Below, in pieces: positions 18,802 through 28,332 of a stretch of DNA of 64,000 nucleotides. The stretch comes from Spirochaetales bacterium (GTDB lineage Bacteria; Spirochaetota; GWE2-31-10; MWDO01). Each line of letters begins with the position of its first letter. Positions within the stretch are counted from its first letter, which is position 1. Position numbers and translations under genes: made by a program. The stretch covers positions 3,637 to 67,636 of the forward strand of contig JAFYAI010000036.1 in NCBI GenBank assembly GCA_017540815.1. The letters run 5' to 3'. Below the pieces are notes generated by a model. It made no database searches. It had not been told where the DNA came from and saw nothing but the letters and a program-made list of their open reading frames with translations.

Positions 18802-21297
18802 ATGAAACAAATTGTATCATTAGTAATATATATCTTCATCGTGCTGTTAATAGGCTGTCAGACGGAGACCGGTGAGTCCGAGCCTGTCTCGTCAACGATG
18901 CAGACATCGTATTATCACATTGTATTCTATAATACTCTCACCGATGCAAGCGTCGATATAGCAGTGCCGACGACGCAGAACTTTACTTTGCCGGACTGCA
19001 CCGATGACCGTATCAGGTTTGAGATCCCTGACGGCAGACCTTTCATAGAATGGAATATCTCGCCTGATGGAATAGATACTCATTACAAAGCAGGAGATGT
19101 TTTCCCAAAACAGAAGAAGAACTCTGTTACAGTGTTGTATGCGATATTCAAAGAGCCGGCAGCTGTATTCTATTATGTAGAGTATAACATAAACGGCGGC
19201 ACAGGCGGCAGCATGACGAGATCGACATTCGCTGTCGGTAAGTCATATCAGCTGCCGAAATGCACTTTCAAAGCACCGACAGGCAAGCGGTTTGATAAGT
19301 GGACAACCAATGCCGACGGAACGGGCAAGTCATATACCGACGAGCAGTCAATGACCAATCTGGCGACTGCTGCCGGCAGTATAGTGACTCTGTATGCACA
19401 GTGGAAGGTTAAGACTGACTTGTATATCACATATCACGATCCGAAGAATGCGGATAACTCCGACAATCCGACAACATTCCTTAAGACTGATAATGTAACT
19501 CTTACAGGTCTTGCCGGCATCACGGGCTACACATTCGGCGGGTGGTATGACAATGAGACTTGTACCGGCTCTGCGATCACAGGGTGGAGTGCCGGAGATA
19601 AAGACGATGACATTGAGCTGTGGGCTAAGTGGACAGCCAATGAGTATGCCGTAACATTCAACAAGAATGCCGAAGATGCGGTCGGCACTATGGCGGCTCA
19701 GAATATGACTTATGATACAGAGACGGCACTGACTGCCAACGGTTACTCGCTGACAGGGCATCGTTTCCTCGGCTGGCATACTGACAAAGGTGCATCGTCG
19801 GCAAAATATACCAATGAACAAACAGTGAAAAATCTCACTGCGATTAATGGCGGCAGTGTGACGCTGTATGCGATCTGGGAAGAGGCTGATACTTATACGA
19901 TTGCGTTCGCTGCAAACGGCGGCACTCTTACGATGGACAGTGTAACGGTTGTCGTCGATGAGGACTATGTTCTGCCGAAGTGTGCATTCAAAGCACCGTT
20001 AGGTAAGATCTTCGAGAAATGGTCCGACGGTAAAGGTTCATTTTATGATAATATGGCAACTGTTCGTGGACTTGCCGAGAAGGATCAGACGATAACGCTG
20101 ACAGCACAGTGGAAAGACAAAGCCTTCTATGTGATTACACTGCACGATGAGCTTCATCCGAATACAGAGGACCTCACATTCGATGCGGGGGACTATCCTG
20201 CTCTGCCGACTCCGAGTGAGACGGGCTGGACATTCGACGGATGGTGGACAGCCGCTGACGGAGGCGAGGAGATAACATCGTGGACTACCAATGATGATAC
20301 AGAACTTTATGCTCATTGGACACATAACTTGATTAGCTACACATTCCTCCTGTATGGCGGTAAGTGGGATGATGACACCGATTTGCCTAAGACAGTCAGC
20401 GGATATTACGGTGAGGCTGTGAGCGTGCCTGCCGATCCGACTAGGGCAGGCTGGACTTTCGCCGGCTGGAACGGAGCGGTTGACGGGCGGCCAACAACAT
20501 TTGGTGAGAGTAGTCAGGCATTTGCTGCACAGTGGACTTTGCCTTATACTGTTGTCTTCAATGCTAACGGCGGAACCGGCAGTATGAGTAATCAGGATAT
20601 GGTTTACGGTGAGGCGGCACAGCTGTCTGCGAATGCTTTTACCAGATCGGGTTGGACATTCTATGGATGGGATACATCATCTGACGGCGGAGGCACATTA
20701 TATCAGGATCGGCAGAGTGTGTCCAATCTGACAGATAAAGCTAATGGAACTGTCAGACTGTATGCGTTATGGCAGACATCGACACCTGCTGTCGGGCATA
20801 TCTGCTATGATAACGGCGGCAGCAAGATCTACAGCGACAAATATCTGTCAGACAAGACGGTGTTGGGTGTTGTGTTTGCAGTCGGAACTAAGGTGAAGAT
20901 TATCTATCCCGATCAAGAAGATTCCTGTGCTTGGGCCGGCTCTTCTGACACAATCGCATGTACTAATGAGGATGACGGTTCGGTCAATACGAGCAAAGTT
21001 CCCACATCAGTTGCTTATTGGCCGTTTCATTGGGTATACGGTTGCGGAGACGGCTGGTATCTGCCTGCTATTAATGAGCTGATTGCGATTTATAATGTTG
21101 ACGATACGATAAATCCTGTCTTGACATTATTGCATAATGCCGGAATATCAGCTGCCGAATTTTACGGCAATTATTGGTCGTCTACTACTGACGCATCTCA
21201 ATCACATAAATACGCATATTATTTGCAGGGTGGTGGAAAAGGCACTGAGCTAAAAACGAGACAGAGTGCTAAAGTTCGTGCCGTGATGGCATTTTGA
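18802..21297 (+). CDS. Surface lipoprotein with Flg_new repeats and C-terminal DUF1566 domain (paralog of 12904-15468)
   Basis: Lipobox LLIGC. N-terminal about 100 aa about 60% identical to ORF 12904. GWYLPAINELIAIYN DUF1566-like motif. Confidence 0.7.
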   Translation: MKQIVSLVIYIFIVLLIGCQTETGESEPVSSTMQTSYYHIVFYNTLTDASVDIAVPTTQNFTLPDCTDDRIRFEIPDGRPFIEWNISPDGIDTHYKAGDVFPKQKKNSVTVLYAIFKEPAAVFYYVEYNINGGTGGSMTRSTFAVGKSYQLPKCTFKAPTGKRFDKWTTNADGTGKSYTDEQSMTNLATAAGSIVTLYAQWKVKTDLYITYHDPKNADNSDNPTTFLKTDNVTLTGLAGITGYTFGGWYDNETCTGSAITGWSAGDKDDDIELWAKWTANEYAVTFNKNAEDAVGTMAAQNMTYDTETALTANGYSLTGHRFLGWHTDKGASSAKYTNEQTVKNLTAINGGSVTLYAIWEEADTYTIAFAANGGTLTMDSVTVVVDEDYVLPKCAFKAPLGKIFEKWSDGKGSFYDNMATVRGLAEKDQTITLTAQWKDKAFYVITLHDELHPNTEDLTFDAGDYPALPTPSETGWTFDGWWTAADGGEEITSWTTNDDTELYAHWTHNLISYTFLLYGGKWDDDTDLPKTVSGYYGEAVSVPADPTRAGWTFAGWNGAVDGRPTTFGESSQAFAAQWTLPYTVVFNANGGTGSMSNQDMVYGEAAQLSANAFTRSGWTFYGWDTSSDGGGTLYQDRQSVSNLTDKANGTVRLYALWQTSTPAVGHICYDNGGSKIYSDKYLSDKTVLGVVFAVGTKVKIIYPDQEDSCAWAGSSDTIACTNEDDGSVNTSKVPTSVAYWPFHWVYGCGDGWYLPAINELIAIYNVDDTINPVLTLLHNAGISAAEFYGNYWSSTTDASQSHKYAYYLQGGGKGTELKTRQSAKVRAVMAF

Positions 21298-21316
21298 TTA
21301 AGATAATTATAATAAC

Positions 21317-21355
21317 ACAAACCCCGATACAAAAGTATCGGGGTTTGTGTTATTA
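21317..21355. terminator. Terminator hairpin
   Basis: aacacaaaccccgatac aaaa gtatcggggtttgtgtt. Confidence 0.75.
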
Positions 21356-21370
21356 TCTGATGCTGCATTA

Positions 21371-21410
21371 CAAAAAAAGCCGCCTGCCCTGGAGTATCGG
21401 GCAGACGGCT
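21371..21410 (-). terminator. Rho-independent terminator for the sigma factor gene (minus strand)
   Basis: On the minus strand: gccgtctgccc-N10-gggcaggcggc followed by tttttt. Confidence 0.65.
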
Positions 21411-21486
21411 CATGGATAAAGGAAGAATTAATATGAATAAAACAAACTTTGCTAAATCATGGATCAGCAGCTGCTGACCTGTAGGG

Positions 21487-22350
21487 TTATGCGAAATCCT
21501 GCAGGAGAACCTGTCGGCTCTTCATGCGGAACTTGCGGATCGCTTTGGTCTGGATCTGGCGGACACGCTCTTTTGTTACACCCATATCACGACCTACATC
21601 CCGCAGTGATCTCTCGCCGCCGTTGTCCAAACCGTATCGCTTGATGACGACTTCACGCTCACCCGGTGTGAGGTCATTGAGTATGCGGTGGATAAGTTCG
21701 CTCAGATTTTGCTCCATCGCATTGTCCTCCGGAGTCACAGTCTGATTGTCAGCGATCACTTCATCGAGACAGCGACTGTCTTTGTCTGCAGCATTGCCGA
21801 TCTTGGCATCGATGGCGATCGGAGTCTTGATCGTATTGAGCAGGAATGCGACCTCTTTGTCTTTGATCCCGACTTTATCGGCAATGCGTGCTACAGTCGG
21901 CACTTTGCCTTCGGAGTGGATCTGCTCATACGCTCTCTCAATCTTGCATGCCTGATCACTTTTGTGTGCCGGCAGACGGATCAGACGACTCTTCTGTGAG
22001 AATGTCAGCTTAATCGCTTGTCTAATCCACCATACTGCATAAGTGAGGAAGTGGCAGTCTTTGCTCAGATCAAACTTCTCTACTGCATGTATCAGTCCGA
22101 TGTTGCCCTCGCTGATCAGATCTTCAAACGGGATGCCCCGATTGGCATATTGCTTAGCGATCTTTATAACGAATCTCTGATTAGCCATTACGATCTTGTT
22201 GCGGGCAGCAATATCGCCCTGCTTTGCTTTGATTAACAGAGCACGCTCTTCTTCGTGGTTTAACATCGGTATATTTGCTATCTGATTATAGTAATATTTA
22301 TAAGAACTCATCTCTTCTGTTTCTCTCTTGTTATGCACTAATTTTTTCAT
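21487..22350 (-). CDS. RNA polymerase sigma factor, sigma-70 family (RpoD-like paralog with regions 2, 3 and 4, no region 1.1)
   Basis: Region 2 (FEDLISEGNIGLIHAVEKFD...YAVWWIRQAI). Region 4.2 (SLRDVGRDMGVTKERVRQIQTKAIRKFR). Confidence 0.85.
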   Translation of the reverse strand: MKKLVHNKRETEEMSSYKYYYNQIANIPMLNHEEERALLIKAKQGDIAARNKIVMANQRFVIKIAKQYANRGIPFEDLISEGNIGLIHAVEKFDLSKDCHFLTYAVWWIRQAIKLTFSQKSRLIRLPAHKSDQACKIERAYEQIHSEGKVPTVARIADKVGIKDKEVAFLLNTIKTPIAIDAKIGNAADKDSRCLDEVIADNQTVTPEDNAMEQNLSELIHRILNDLTPGEREVVIKRYGLDNGGERSLRDVGRDMGVTKERVRQIQTKAIRKFRMKSRQVLLQDFA

Positions 22351-22393
22351 ATTCGAGTCCTCCGTTTTTTATTGGATAAGGATTATTATGCTT

Positions 22394-22416
22394 ATTATAA
22401 GCATACTGCGTGCCAA
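22394..22416 (-). promoter_or_regulatory. Candidate promoter of the sigma factor gene with a sigma-54-like -24/-12 (TTGGCACGCAGTATGCTT) overlapping a TATAAT
   Basis: Minus-strand TGGCAC-N5-ATGC resembles the TGGCACG-N4-TTGC consensus; GGAGG RBS downstream. Confidence 0.25.
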
Positions 22417-22504
22417 TTATTATTGAGCATTGTAATTTATTTTGTAATAACATTTTACAGTGTTATAACGCTTACCGCTGCATTGAGCCGGAATGCCACA
22501 TATT

Positions 22505-22560
22505 GGGTAATTTTTACACAGTAGGTGAGAACACCCGTAAAATCGGGTAATTTTTACACA
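22505..22560. promoter_or_regulatory. Two perfect 16-bp direct repeats (GGGTAATTTTTACACA) 40 bp apart, upstream of the sigma factor gene; candidate regulator binding sites
   Basis: Exact repeat at 22505-22520 and 22545-22560. Confidence 0.4.
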
Positions 22561-22602
22561 ATTTTTGTCGGAGATGATCAAAAAGCGGCAGTAAATAATG
22601 AT

Positions 22603-22639
22603 AAAAAAAGATGTCTCATATATGAGACATCTTTTTTCT
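22603..22639. terminator. Perfect palindromic bidirectional terminator
   Basis: aaaaaaagatgtctcata|tatgagacatcttttttc. Confidence 0.8.
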
Positions 22640-22648
22640 TTAATGATT

Positions 22649-23830
22649 TTATAACTTTACTACATCGTCGGTTCCGTCGAACTCAGGCAGAAGAGACTGA
22701 CCGAATGTAACTTTCGGACTTTGGATCACTGCAGGATCAAGCGGATTATCAGTCAGGTCAAGCCGAGTGAGGTTGGTGTCTTCCCAGATATATGACGGCA
22801 GATCTGTGATGCGGTTGCCTTTAAGCGAGAGTTTACGCAGCGAAGGCACGATATATTTCATATTATATTGGAATGAAGTATACGCATTATTGTCAAGGTA
22901 TAATGCTTTGAGTGAAGTGAGTCCTGAGAGGGCACTCGGTATAGTCGTCAGTTTATTGTCTGACAGATACAGAGTCTCCAGATTAGGCATCACACATATC
23001 GCAGCCGGGATAAAGCTGATATTGCATGCAGACAGGTTGAGGAGTTTCAGTCCGACCATGAGCTGCATCTCCGGTGGAAAATACCAAATATCGTTGCCTT
23101 CAAGCCGCAGTGAGGTGAGTGCAGTGCAGCGGACAATACTGTCAGGGATCTTGCGGAATGAGTTATATCCGGCATAAAGAGACAGCAGTCTGTTGGTCAA
23201 TATCTGCTCCGGTATGTCACGCAGCTGATTATGCTCGATATTAAGGATCTGGATATTGCGGTTGGTCATATCGAATCGCTTGATCTCATTGCTGCCGAAG
23301 TTGGCTATCCGCAGCTGTTTCAGAGTATTCAGTTCTCGCCCGACAGCAGAGAGTTTGTTATATCCGAGATACAGTTCCTGCAGTCCTGTCATCTTAGTCA
23401 GCACAGGCGGTATCGATGCAATGCGGTTGCCTGTCAGATTCAATATGCGGATATTTTTGAGGCTGTCAGCAGTCATAAAGTCTTCCGACAAATGCTCCAG
23501 TTTGTTGTGTGATATATCGATACGGGCAAGTTTCTCGTATTTAGTCAGATCTATCGCCGTGAAAGCATTATGTGACAGATCTATGCTTACCAGACCTGTG
23601 CAGTGTGCCAAGAGCGGCGGCAGGCTGTCGATATTCAGTCCTGACAGGTCAAGCTCCCGAATGTCGGCGAGTGCCGCTTCGGTTTTTTCACCTGTGACGA
23701 GATTATTCAGTATGTTGTCAATATCCGCATTGCCGGATCTGTATGATGACTCACATGAGCAGACAGATATTATAAGATAAAATGTGGCAGCAATGCAGAG
23801 ACATTTATTCAGAATGTGATACCCATTCAT
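22649..23830 (-). CDS. Secreted/lipoprotein leucine-rich-repeat (LRR) protein
   Basis: Signal peptide plus Cys (IISVCSC). About 12 tandem LxxLxLxxNxL repeats. Confidence 0.7.
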   Translation of the reverse strand: MNGYHILNKCLCIAATFYLIISVCSCESSYRSGNADIDNILNNLVTGEKTEAALADIRELDLSGLNIDSLPPLLAHCTGLVSIDLSHNAFTAIDLTKYEKLARIDISHNKLEHLSEDFMTADSLKNIRILNLTGNRIASIPPVLTKMTGLQELYLGYNKLSAVGRELNTLKQLRIANFGSNEIKRFDMTNRNIQILNIEHNQLRDIPEQILTNRLLSLYAGYNSFRKIPDSIVRCTALTSLRLEGNDIWYFPPEMQLMVGLKLLNLSACNISFIPAAICVMPNLETLYLSDNKLTTIPSALSGLTSLKALYLDNNAYTSFQYNMKYIVPSLRKLSLKGNRITDLPSYIWEDTNLTRLDLTDNPLDPAVIQSPKVTFGQSLLPEFDGTDDVVKL

Positions 23831-25173
23831 TAGAGCAGCTCCAATTTCTTAATGAGATACAGCATTACGAAGAGTTTAGCGGTGTTAGACTTCGTTGTTT
23901 CAGATTCACTGCGGATCTTCTGCAGGATATATTCGATATATAAGTCTTTGCGTTCGGCAAGCCGCTCCAATTCTGTATGCAGCCATTCGATCGTCTTGGG
24001 CGACAGCAGAGATACTGACTTCTTTAGACTCTCCCAGACATCATTGTCTAAACTGCTGCGGCAGTCTTTGCGATAGCGAGACAGTGTTTGCAGGAATATA
24101 AACTGCTTGCCGGTGTCTAATTTCACAAACTGTGATGCCATATCACTCGAGAATCGGTTGAATACCGAGACGCATTCTACCGGGTCATCGTTAAGGCTGT
24201 TTATGAACTCATCAAACTGATCTTTGGAGAACGGCTCGGAGAGCAGCCCTTTGCCTTTGGGATTAGCACCTGCCGAGGCAGTCTCTGTTCGCTTGGGAGC
24301 TGCTTTGCTGTCATCCGATTTATTGGTCTTCGCAGCCTGAGTCTTGTCAGCTGCCTCAGTTTGCACAGAATGTGTCGGATGCTCTTTGCGCTGGCGAACG
24401 GTCTCATTATGAAGGCTGGACAGCAACTGCTGAACAAGATCTTCCTCAGTTCCTGCAAATACCACTTCTCCTTCCACATTCTTGGCATAATCATCTACGA
24501 TCTGCGGATTGACAGCGATATTGGCGACGGAGTATTGCTTGCATGCTTCCATTATCGCCATGATGAGGAATGCCAGCCGCTTATCGTTGGATTTCTGTTT
24601 GATAAACTCCGCCATCAGATAATTCATCGCTTTAAGCACACTCTTGTCGAAGAAGTCTGCCTTATTGTCAAGTGAAGGATATATGAAAGTCGCATACAAG
24701 CCTACCCATTGCAGGAAGTTACCGATAGAGTCTTCTCTGCCTATGTTGTTTATACCGGCATTTAGATGCTGAGCTTCCAGCTGTTTCAGATTAGAGATGA
24801 TCGGATCGATAAGGGATGTATCCGGTTCTTCATCATATTCGTCACGCAGCTGCTCTATCTCGGCAGCAGGCTCAGACAGATCGGCAGTGAAGTTATAGCA
24901 GACACGGTTGATCGACAGCAGCCATAATGCGATCTTTTTATTATTGCCCTCGAATGCGAGATATTCTCCGAGCATATCCTGTATCAGCAGCAGGTCTATC
25001 GTGTCGAAGTCTGCGACTAACGCCGGTTTGCCAAACCACTGCACACAGAACTTGTCGATAATGCGGTAAAACTGTTCTAATGATTCGGTATCTTCGTTGA
25101 AGTCCTCAATGGCATCAAGAATCGGTTTGAGCATTCCGGCATCACTGCCTAAGATCGCTTTATTTCTTTGCAT
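23830..25173 (-). CDS. Hypothetical protein with no recognisable domain, translationally coupled between the TPR and LRR lipoprotein genes
   Basis: Stop/start overlaps (TAATG at 23830; 14-nt overlap at 25160-25173). Confidence 0.4.
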   Translation of the reverse strand: MQRNKAILGSDAGMLKPILDAIEDFNEDTESLEQFYRIIDKFCVQWFGKPALVADFDTIDLLLIQDMLGEYLAFEGNNKKIALWLLSINRVCYNFTADLSEPAAEIEQLRDEYDEEPDTSLIDPIISNLKQLEAQHLNAGINNIGREDSIGNFLQWVGLYATFIYPSLDNKADFFDKSVLKAMNYLMAEFIKQKSNDKRLAFLIMAIMEACKQYSVANIAVNPQIVDDYAKNVEGEVVFAGTEEDLVQQLLSSLHNETVRQRKEHPTHSVQTEAADKTQAAKTNKSDDSKAAPKRTETASAGANPKGKGLLSEPFSKDQFDEFINSLNDDPVECVSVFNRFSSDMASQFVKLDTGKQFIFLQTLSRYRKDCRSSLDNDVWESLKKSVSLLSPKTIEWLHTELERLAERKDLYIEYILQKIRSESETTKSNTAKLFVMLYLIKKLELL

Positions 25174-26329
25174 TATCGTCCTCCTGTGAGAGCTGCTTTA
25201 TCGCAGCCGTGAGCTTTGCTGCACGCTTGCTGTCGCCAAGTCGGCGGCTTATTTCCAGATTCGTTTCCAATAATTTTATATTATTTGACTCGATTTGTAA
25301 AGCATAATCGCTTAATAATTTTGCAGTCGGCAGATTATCCTGCTGCAGCACAAGTCTGGCAAACTCGTCATACATCCGGCCCCAACCGGATCCAAGCGAC
25401 ACTGCCTTATAGAACATTGTCTGAGCTTTGTCTGTCTTGCCTGCTTCTGCGGCTTTCAGTCCTTCCAGAGCGAAATGCTCCGGGAAATTCGGATTTGCTT
25501 CGGCCATTTTATTGAATATCTCTTCACATTCTGCGAGTCTGCCTTCGTTGTAGAGGATCTCTGCTTTCTTCACTATGATATGTTCGCTGTATCTGTCCGC
25601 TAAGAATCCGTCAATCAGTTCTAAGGCTGAGTCTGCTCCGCGCTGCTTGTATTGTCTGTCGATGACACGGTTATATTTCTCAGTCATGTCTTTTTCGTAG
25701 AATGCCGCATCTGTCAGATACTTCTCAAGTATAGCATAATTATCATCGTAATATTCTGCACTTCCTGCACCAAACTTTGCATAGATGACAGACTTGGTCA
25801 GATCCTTGACCTGTATTCGCTCTGCCGGCAGGCTCGGACATTCGCCCAATGTTTTGGAGACGAGTGTCTTGGGAGTAAGAGATACGCTGCCTGGTTTAAC
25901 TTTCAGGCTGGATATATTGCACTGCTGACGCAGACAGCCTAATGAGATATTGACCTTAGCGTCTTTGTCGAACGGGATAGATATGATCACATCCGAGAAT
26001 CCTGTCGCTTTGAACTCCGGCTTGCCGGTCTTATGCTCCGCCAGCCAAAATCCGGCACGATATACACCTGCCGGCAGTCCCTGATAATAGAAGAGATTTT
26101 TCTCATCCCAAGTCATTTCATACAGGCGGTATGTGTGTGTATCCTGCAGGAAGAACTTATCCGGCAGGACATCCTCTGTCCGCAGAGTGAGCTTAACCTC
26201 GATAACGACATTGACTTTAACTGACAAGTCGGCGAAGTCTTCTCGTATATCATGAGCAGACTTGCATCCGATGCAGCATAGTATCATCAGCAGCAAAAAG
26301 AAATTTCCCGTTTTATTCAATGCATTCAT
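25160..26329 (-). CDS. Lipoprotein with C-terminal TPR repeats
   Basis: Lipobox CCIGC. TPR-like helical repeats in the C-terminal 150 aa. Confidence 0.6.
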   Translation of the reverse strand: MNALNKTGNFFLLLMILCCIGCKSAHDIREDFADLSVKVNVVIEVKLTLRTEDVLPDKFFLQDTHTYRLYEMTWDEKNLFYYQGLPAGVYRAGFWLAEHKTGKPEFKATGFSDVIISIPFDKDAKVNISLGCLRQQCNISSLKVKPGSVSLTPKTLVSKTLGECPSLPAERIQVKDLTKSVIYAKFGAGSAEYYDDNYAILEKYLTDAAFYEKDMTEKYNRVIDRQYKQRGADSALELIDGFLADRYSEHIIVKKAEILYNEGRLAECEEIFNKMAEANPNFPEHFALEGLKAAEAGKTDKAQTMFYKAVSLGSGWGRMYDEFARLVLQQDNLPTAKLLSDYALQIESNNIKLLETNLEISRRLGDSKRAAKLTAAIKQLSQEDDNAKK

Positions 26330-26353
26330 TTGTATTCCGATTTAAGCGTATTT

Positions 26354-26656
26354 TTACTCCGAATGAAGCGGATTAGTCTTGACTTTCTCTATAGCCTGTC
26401 TGACAGCCTCTTCGATCTGATTCTTGGTCTCATCCTCATTGTATAGTTTCTGTGCATAGATCACGCCTACAAGCGAAGACCGATATGCCGGTTTGACATT
26501 ATTCAGAGCCAATGCAGCCATATCAAGCACGCAGTCGTGACATCGGCAGGCGTCGGCATTCTCTTCAAGTGACAACTGATAGTCCAGTTCTGCAATAACT
26601 GCATCGACAGCATCATTGACGAGCAGTCCGAATTCATAATCATCTGCTAAAGCCAT
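26354..26656 (-). CDS. ComFB family protein (late competence development protein ComFB-like)
   Basis: 100-aa protein with CxCxxC (CRCHDCVLDMAALALNNVKPAY) matching the ComFB pattern. Confidence 0.55.
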   Translation of the reverse strand: MALADDYEFGLLVNDAVDAVIAELDYQLSLEENADACRCHDCVLDMAALALNNVKPAYRSSLVGVIYAQKLYNEDETKNQIEEAVRQAIEKVKTNPLHSE

Positions 26657-26791
26657 TATGTCCTCCGTGTGATTAATTAGTTTTATAATAAAATTCCCTT
26701 TTTGTCAATAATCGACTCAATTATATGAAAAACTTTAAAAAAAGAGGAAAAAAAATGAGTCGTTTCGCAGAATGTGAAAATAGCTTGCTTT

Positions 26792-28027
26792 TTAGATGAC
26801 ATTAAGCCGTGATGAAATGCCGCTGCAAATTTTATCCAGCAAATTATTATCCGCTTTATCATCATTCTGCAATGATGTGACCGCCTGCTCAAAATGTTTG
26901 CCGAGATCTGCTGCTATATCAAATATTACATTCGGAGCAATGTCAATCTTCTGCGACATTAAAATAAAATCTTCTTTATCAATCTTATCCAATTCATAAT
27001 GGTTGCCGATCTTCATAGACAATTTGCTCGTTAGATCAGGATAGATCGCCGTTGAAACGGCATCATACAGCGGAGCTAATTTTGTCTTCTTATCATATAA
27101 AACAGAGTAGTTCTTACTGTGTGCATCACAGTTGCCAATGAGAAAATTGAAAATAATCTGCCGTAAAAATTGCCGGCAATCAATAATCGGGATTGTCATA
27201 TTAGCACGAATGCAGCTGTAAATATCGGCAATACTCGGACCGCCGTCATTTTCATATTTGAGATCATTCATCACACCTAAAGCCTGACAAAAGTCTTCCT
27301 GATGCAGTCGCATAATCTCGGTATCAGTCTGTATGCGGTCATAGCGGCTTACAACGAATATGTCTTTGTCGGCAATATTGATTAGATCAATATCAGGAAC
27401 AGGCAATCCGAGCATCTTCGCCAATCTCATACAGATATATTCATTCTGAGCAAGAGAGCTGAGTTCTCCGTCGCGAGTCGGTTTAAGAATATGCGTAGAA
27501 GGAGCACCGTTAATCGGTAAATGCCATTTGTTATCAAATCTTGCCAAAGCGATTTTTTCCTGTGCTCCGGCTAACGACAGCCGCAATTTGTTGTTTGATT
27601 TAATAAGCGGCTTCTGAGGCAGCTGCTTAATCATAAGCTCCAGATCATTCTCAGACAGGACCTGATAATTTGATTCATTAATTCGGTAGTTATTGGGGGC
27701 AGCCGCATCTTCATCTTCTGATACAACAGAGATCAAACCGGCACATTCTCCGCCTAATATCTCCAATAATTTTATCGTGCTGTTCTCAGAAACTTGGAAA
27801 TATTGAGCAATTTTTCGGCGGGATTCTCCTTCAGGAAGCAGTCCTGCGAAAAAAGGCAGGCATTTTGCCTGAGAATACTCCGCCTTCTGCAGCGGCAATG
27901 ATAATGAGAGAGGTTTTGACTGCGGATCCGACAAATATGTTTCATCATACTGAAATATAACTCCGCGGTTATCTGTAGAAAAAAGCCGCCCTGCTAATTT
28001 TTGACCAAAATAAACATTCAGCGTCAT
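26792..28027 (-). CDS. hipA: Type II toxin HipA family Ser/Thr kinase
   Basis: HipA N-domain (LSLSLPLQ...FFAGLLPEGESRRKIA). Catalytic motif GNCDAHSKNYSVLYD. Confidence 0.85.
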   Translation of the reverse strand: MTLNVYFGQKLAGRLFSTDNRGVIFQYDETYLSDPQSKPLSLSLPLQKAEYSQAKCLPFFAGLLPEGESRRKIAQYFQVSENSTIKLLEILGGECAGLISVVSEDEDAAAPNNYRINESNYQVLSENDLELMIKQLPQKPLIKSNNKLRLSLAGAQEKIALARFDNKWHLPINGAPSTHILKPTRDGELSSLAQNEYICMRLAKMLGLPVPDIDLINIADKDIFVVSRYDRIQTDTEIMRLHQEDFCQALGVMNDLKYENDGGPSIADIYSCIRANMTIPIIDCRQFLRQIIFNFLIGNCDAHSKNYSVLYDKKTKLAPLYDAVSTAIYPDLTSKLSMKIGNHYELDKIDKEDFILMSQKIDIAPNVIFDIAADLGKHFEQAVTSLQNDDKADNNLLDKICSGISSRLNVI

Positions 28028-28245
28028 CTTTCATCCTCGCGATTGACGGCATAAAGATTAATGCCAAGCATTTCGATACATTGCAAAACTTTGTTTAACT
28101 GCAAAGTAGCTTTGCCGTTCTCTAATTCCGATAAGAAACGCTTCCCGACATGACACATTTGTGCTGTCTCTTCCTGTGTCAACCCCAAACTGATACGCCG
28201 CTGTTTAATTATCTGTCCGATAGAAATAGAATCCTGTATCTTCAT
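28024..28245 (-). CDS. hipB: HipB-like XRE-family HTH antitoxin
   Basis: 73-aa HTH_XRE protein (LGLTQEETAQMCHVGKRFLSELENGK) overlapping the hipA start by 4 nt. Confidence 0.75.
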   Translation of the reverse strand: MKIQDSISIGQIIKQRRISLGLTQEETAQMCHVGKRFLSELENGKATLQLNKVLQCIEMLGINLYAVNREDER

Positions 28246-28256
28246 AAATATATTAT

Positions 28257-28326
28257 AACATTCCCGTTCGGGAAAATCAAGAGAAATTTTATAATATTAA
28301 AGATAAATTTTCCCGTTCGGGAATGT
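28257..28326. promoter_or_regulatory. Two copies of a palindromic operator (TTCCCGTTCGGGAA) in inverted orientation upstream of hipBA; candidate HipB operators
   Basis: aacattcccgttcgggaaaat (28257-77) and attttcccgttcgggaatgtt (28306-26). A third degenerate copy near 29368. Confidence 0.55.
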
Positions 28327-28332
28327 TAAACC

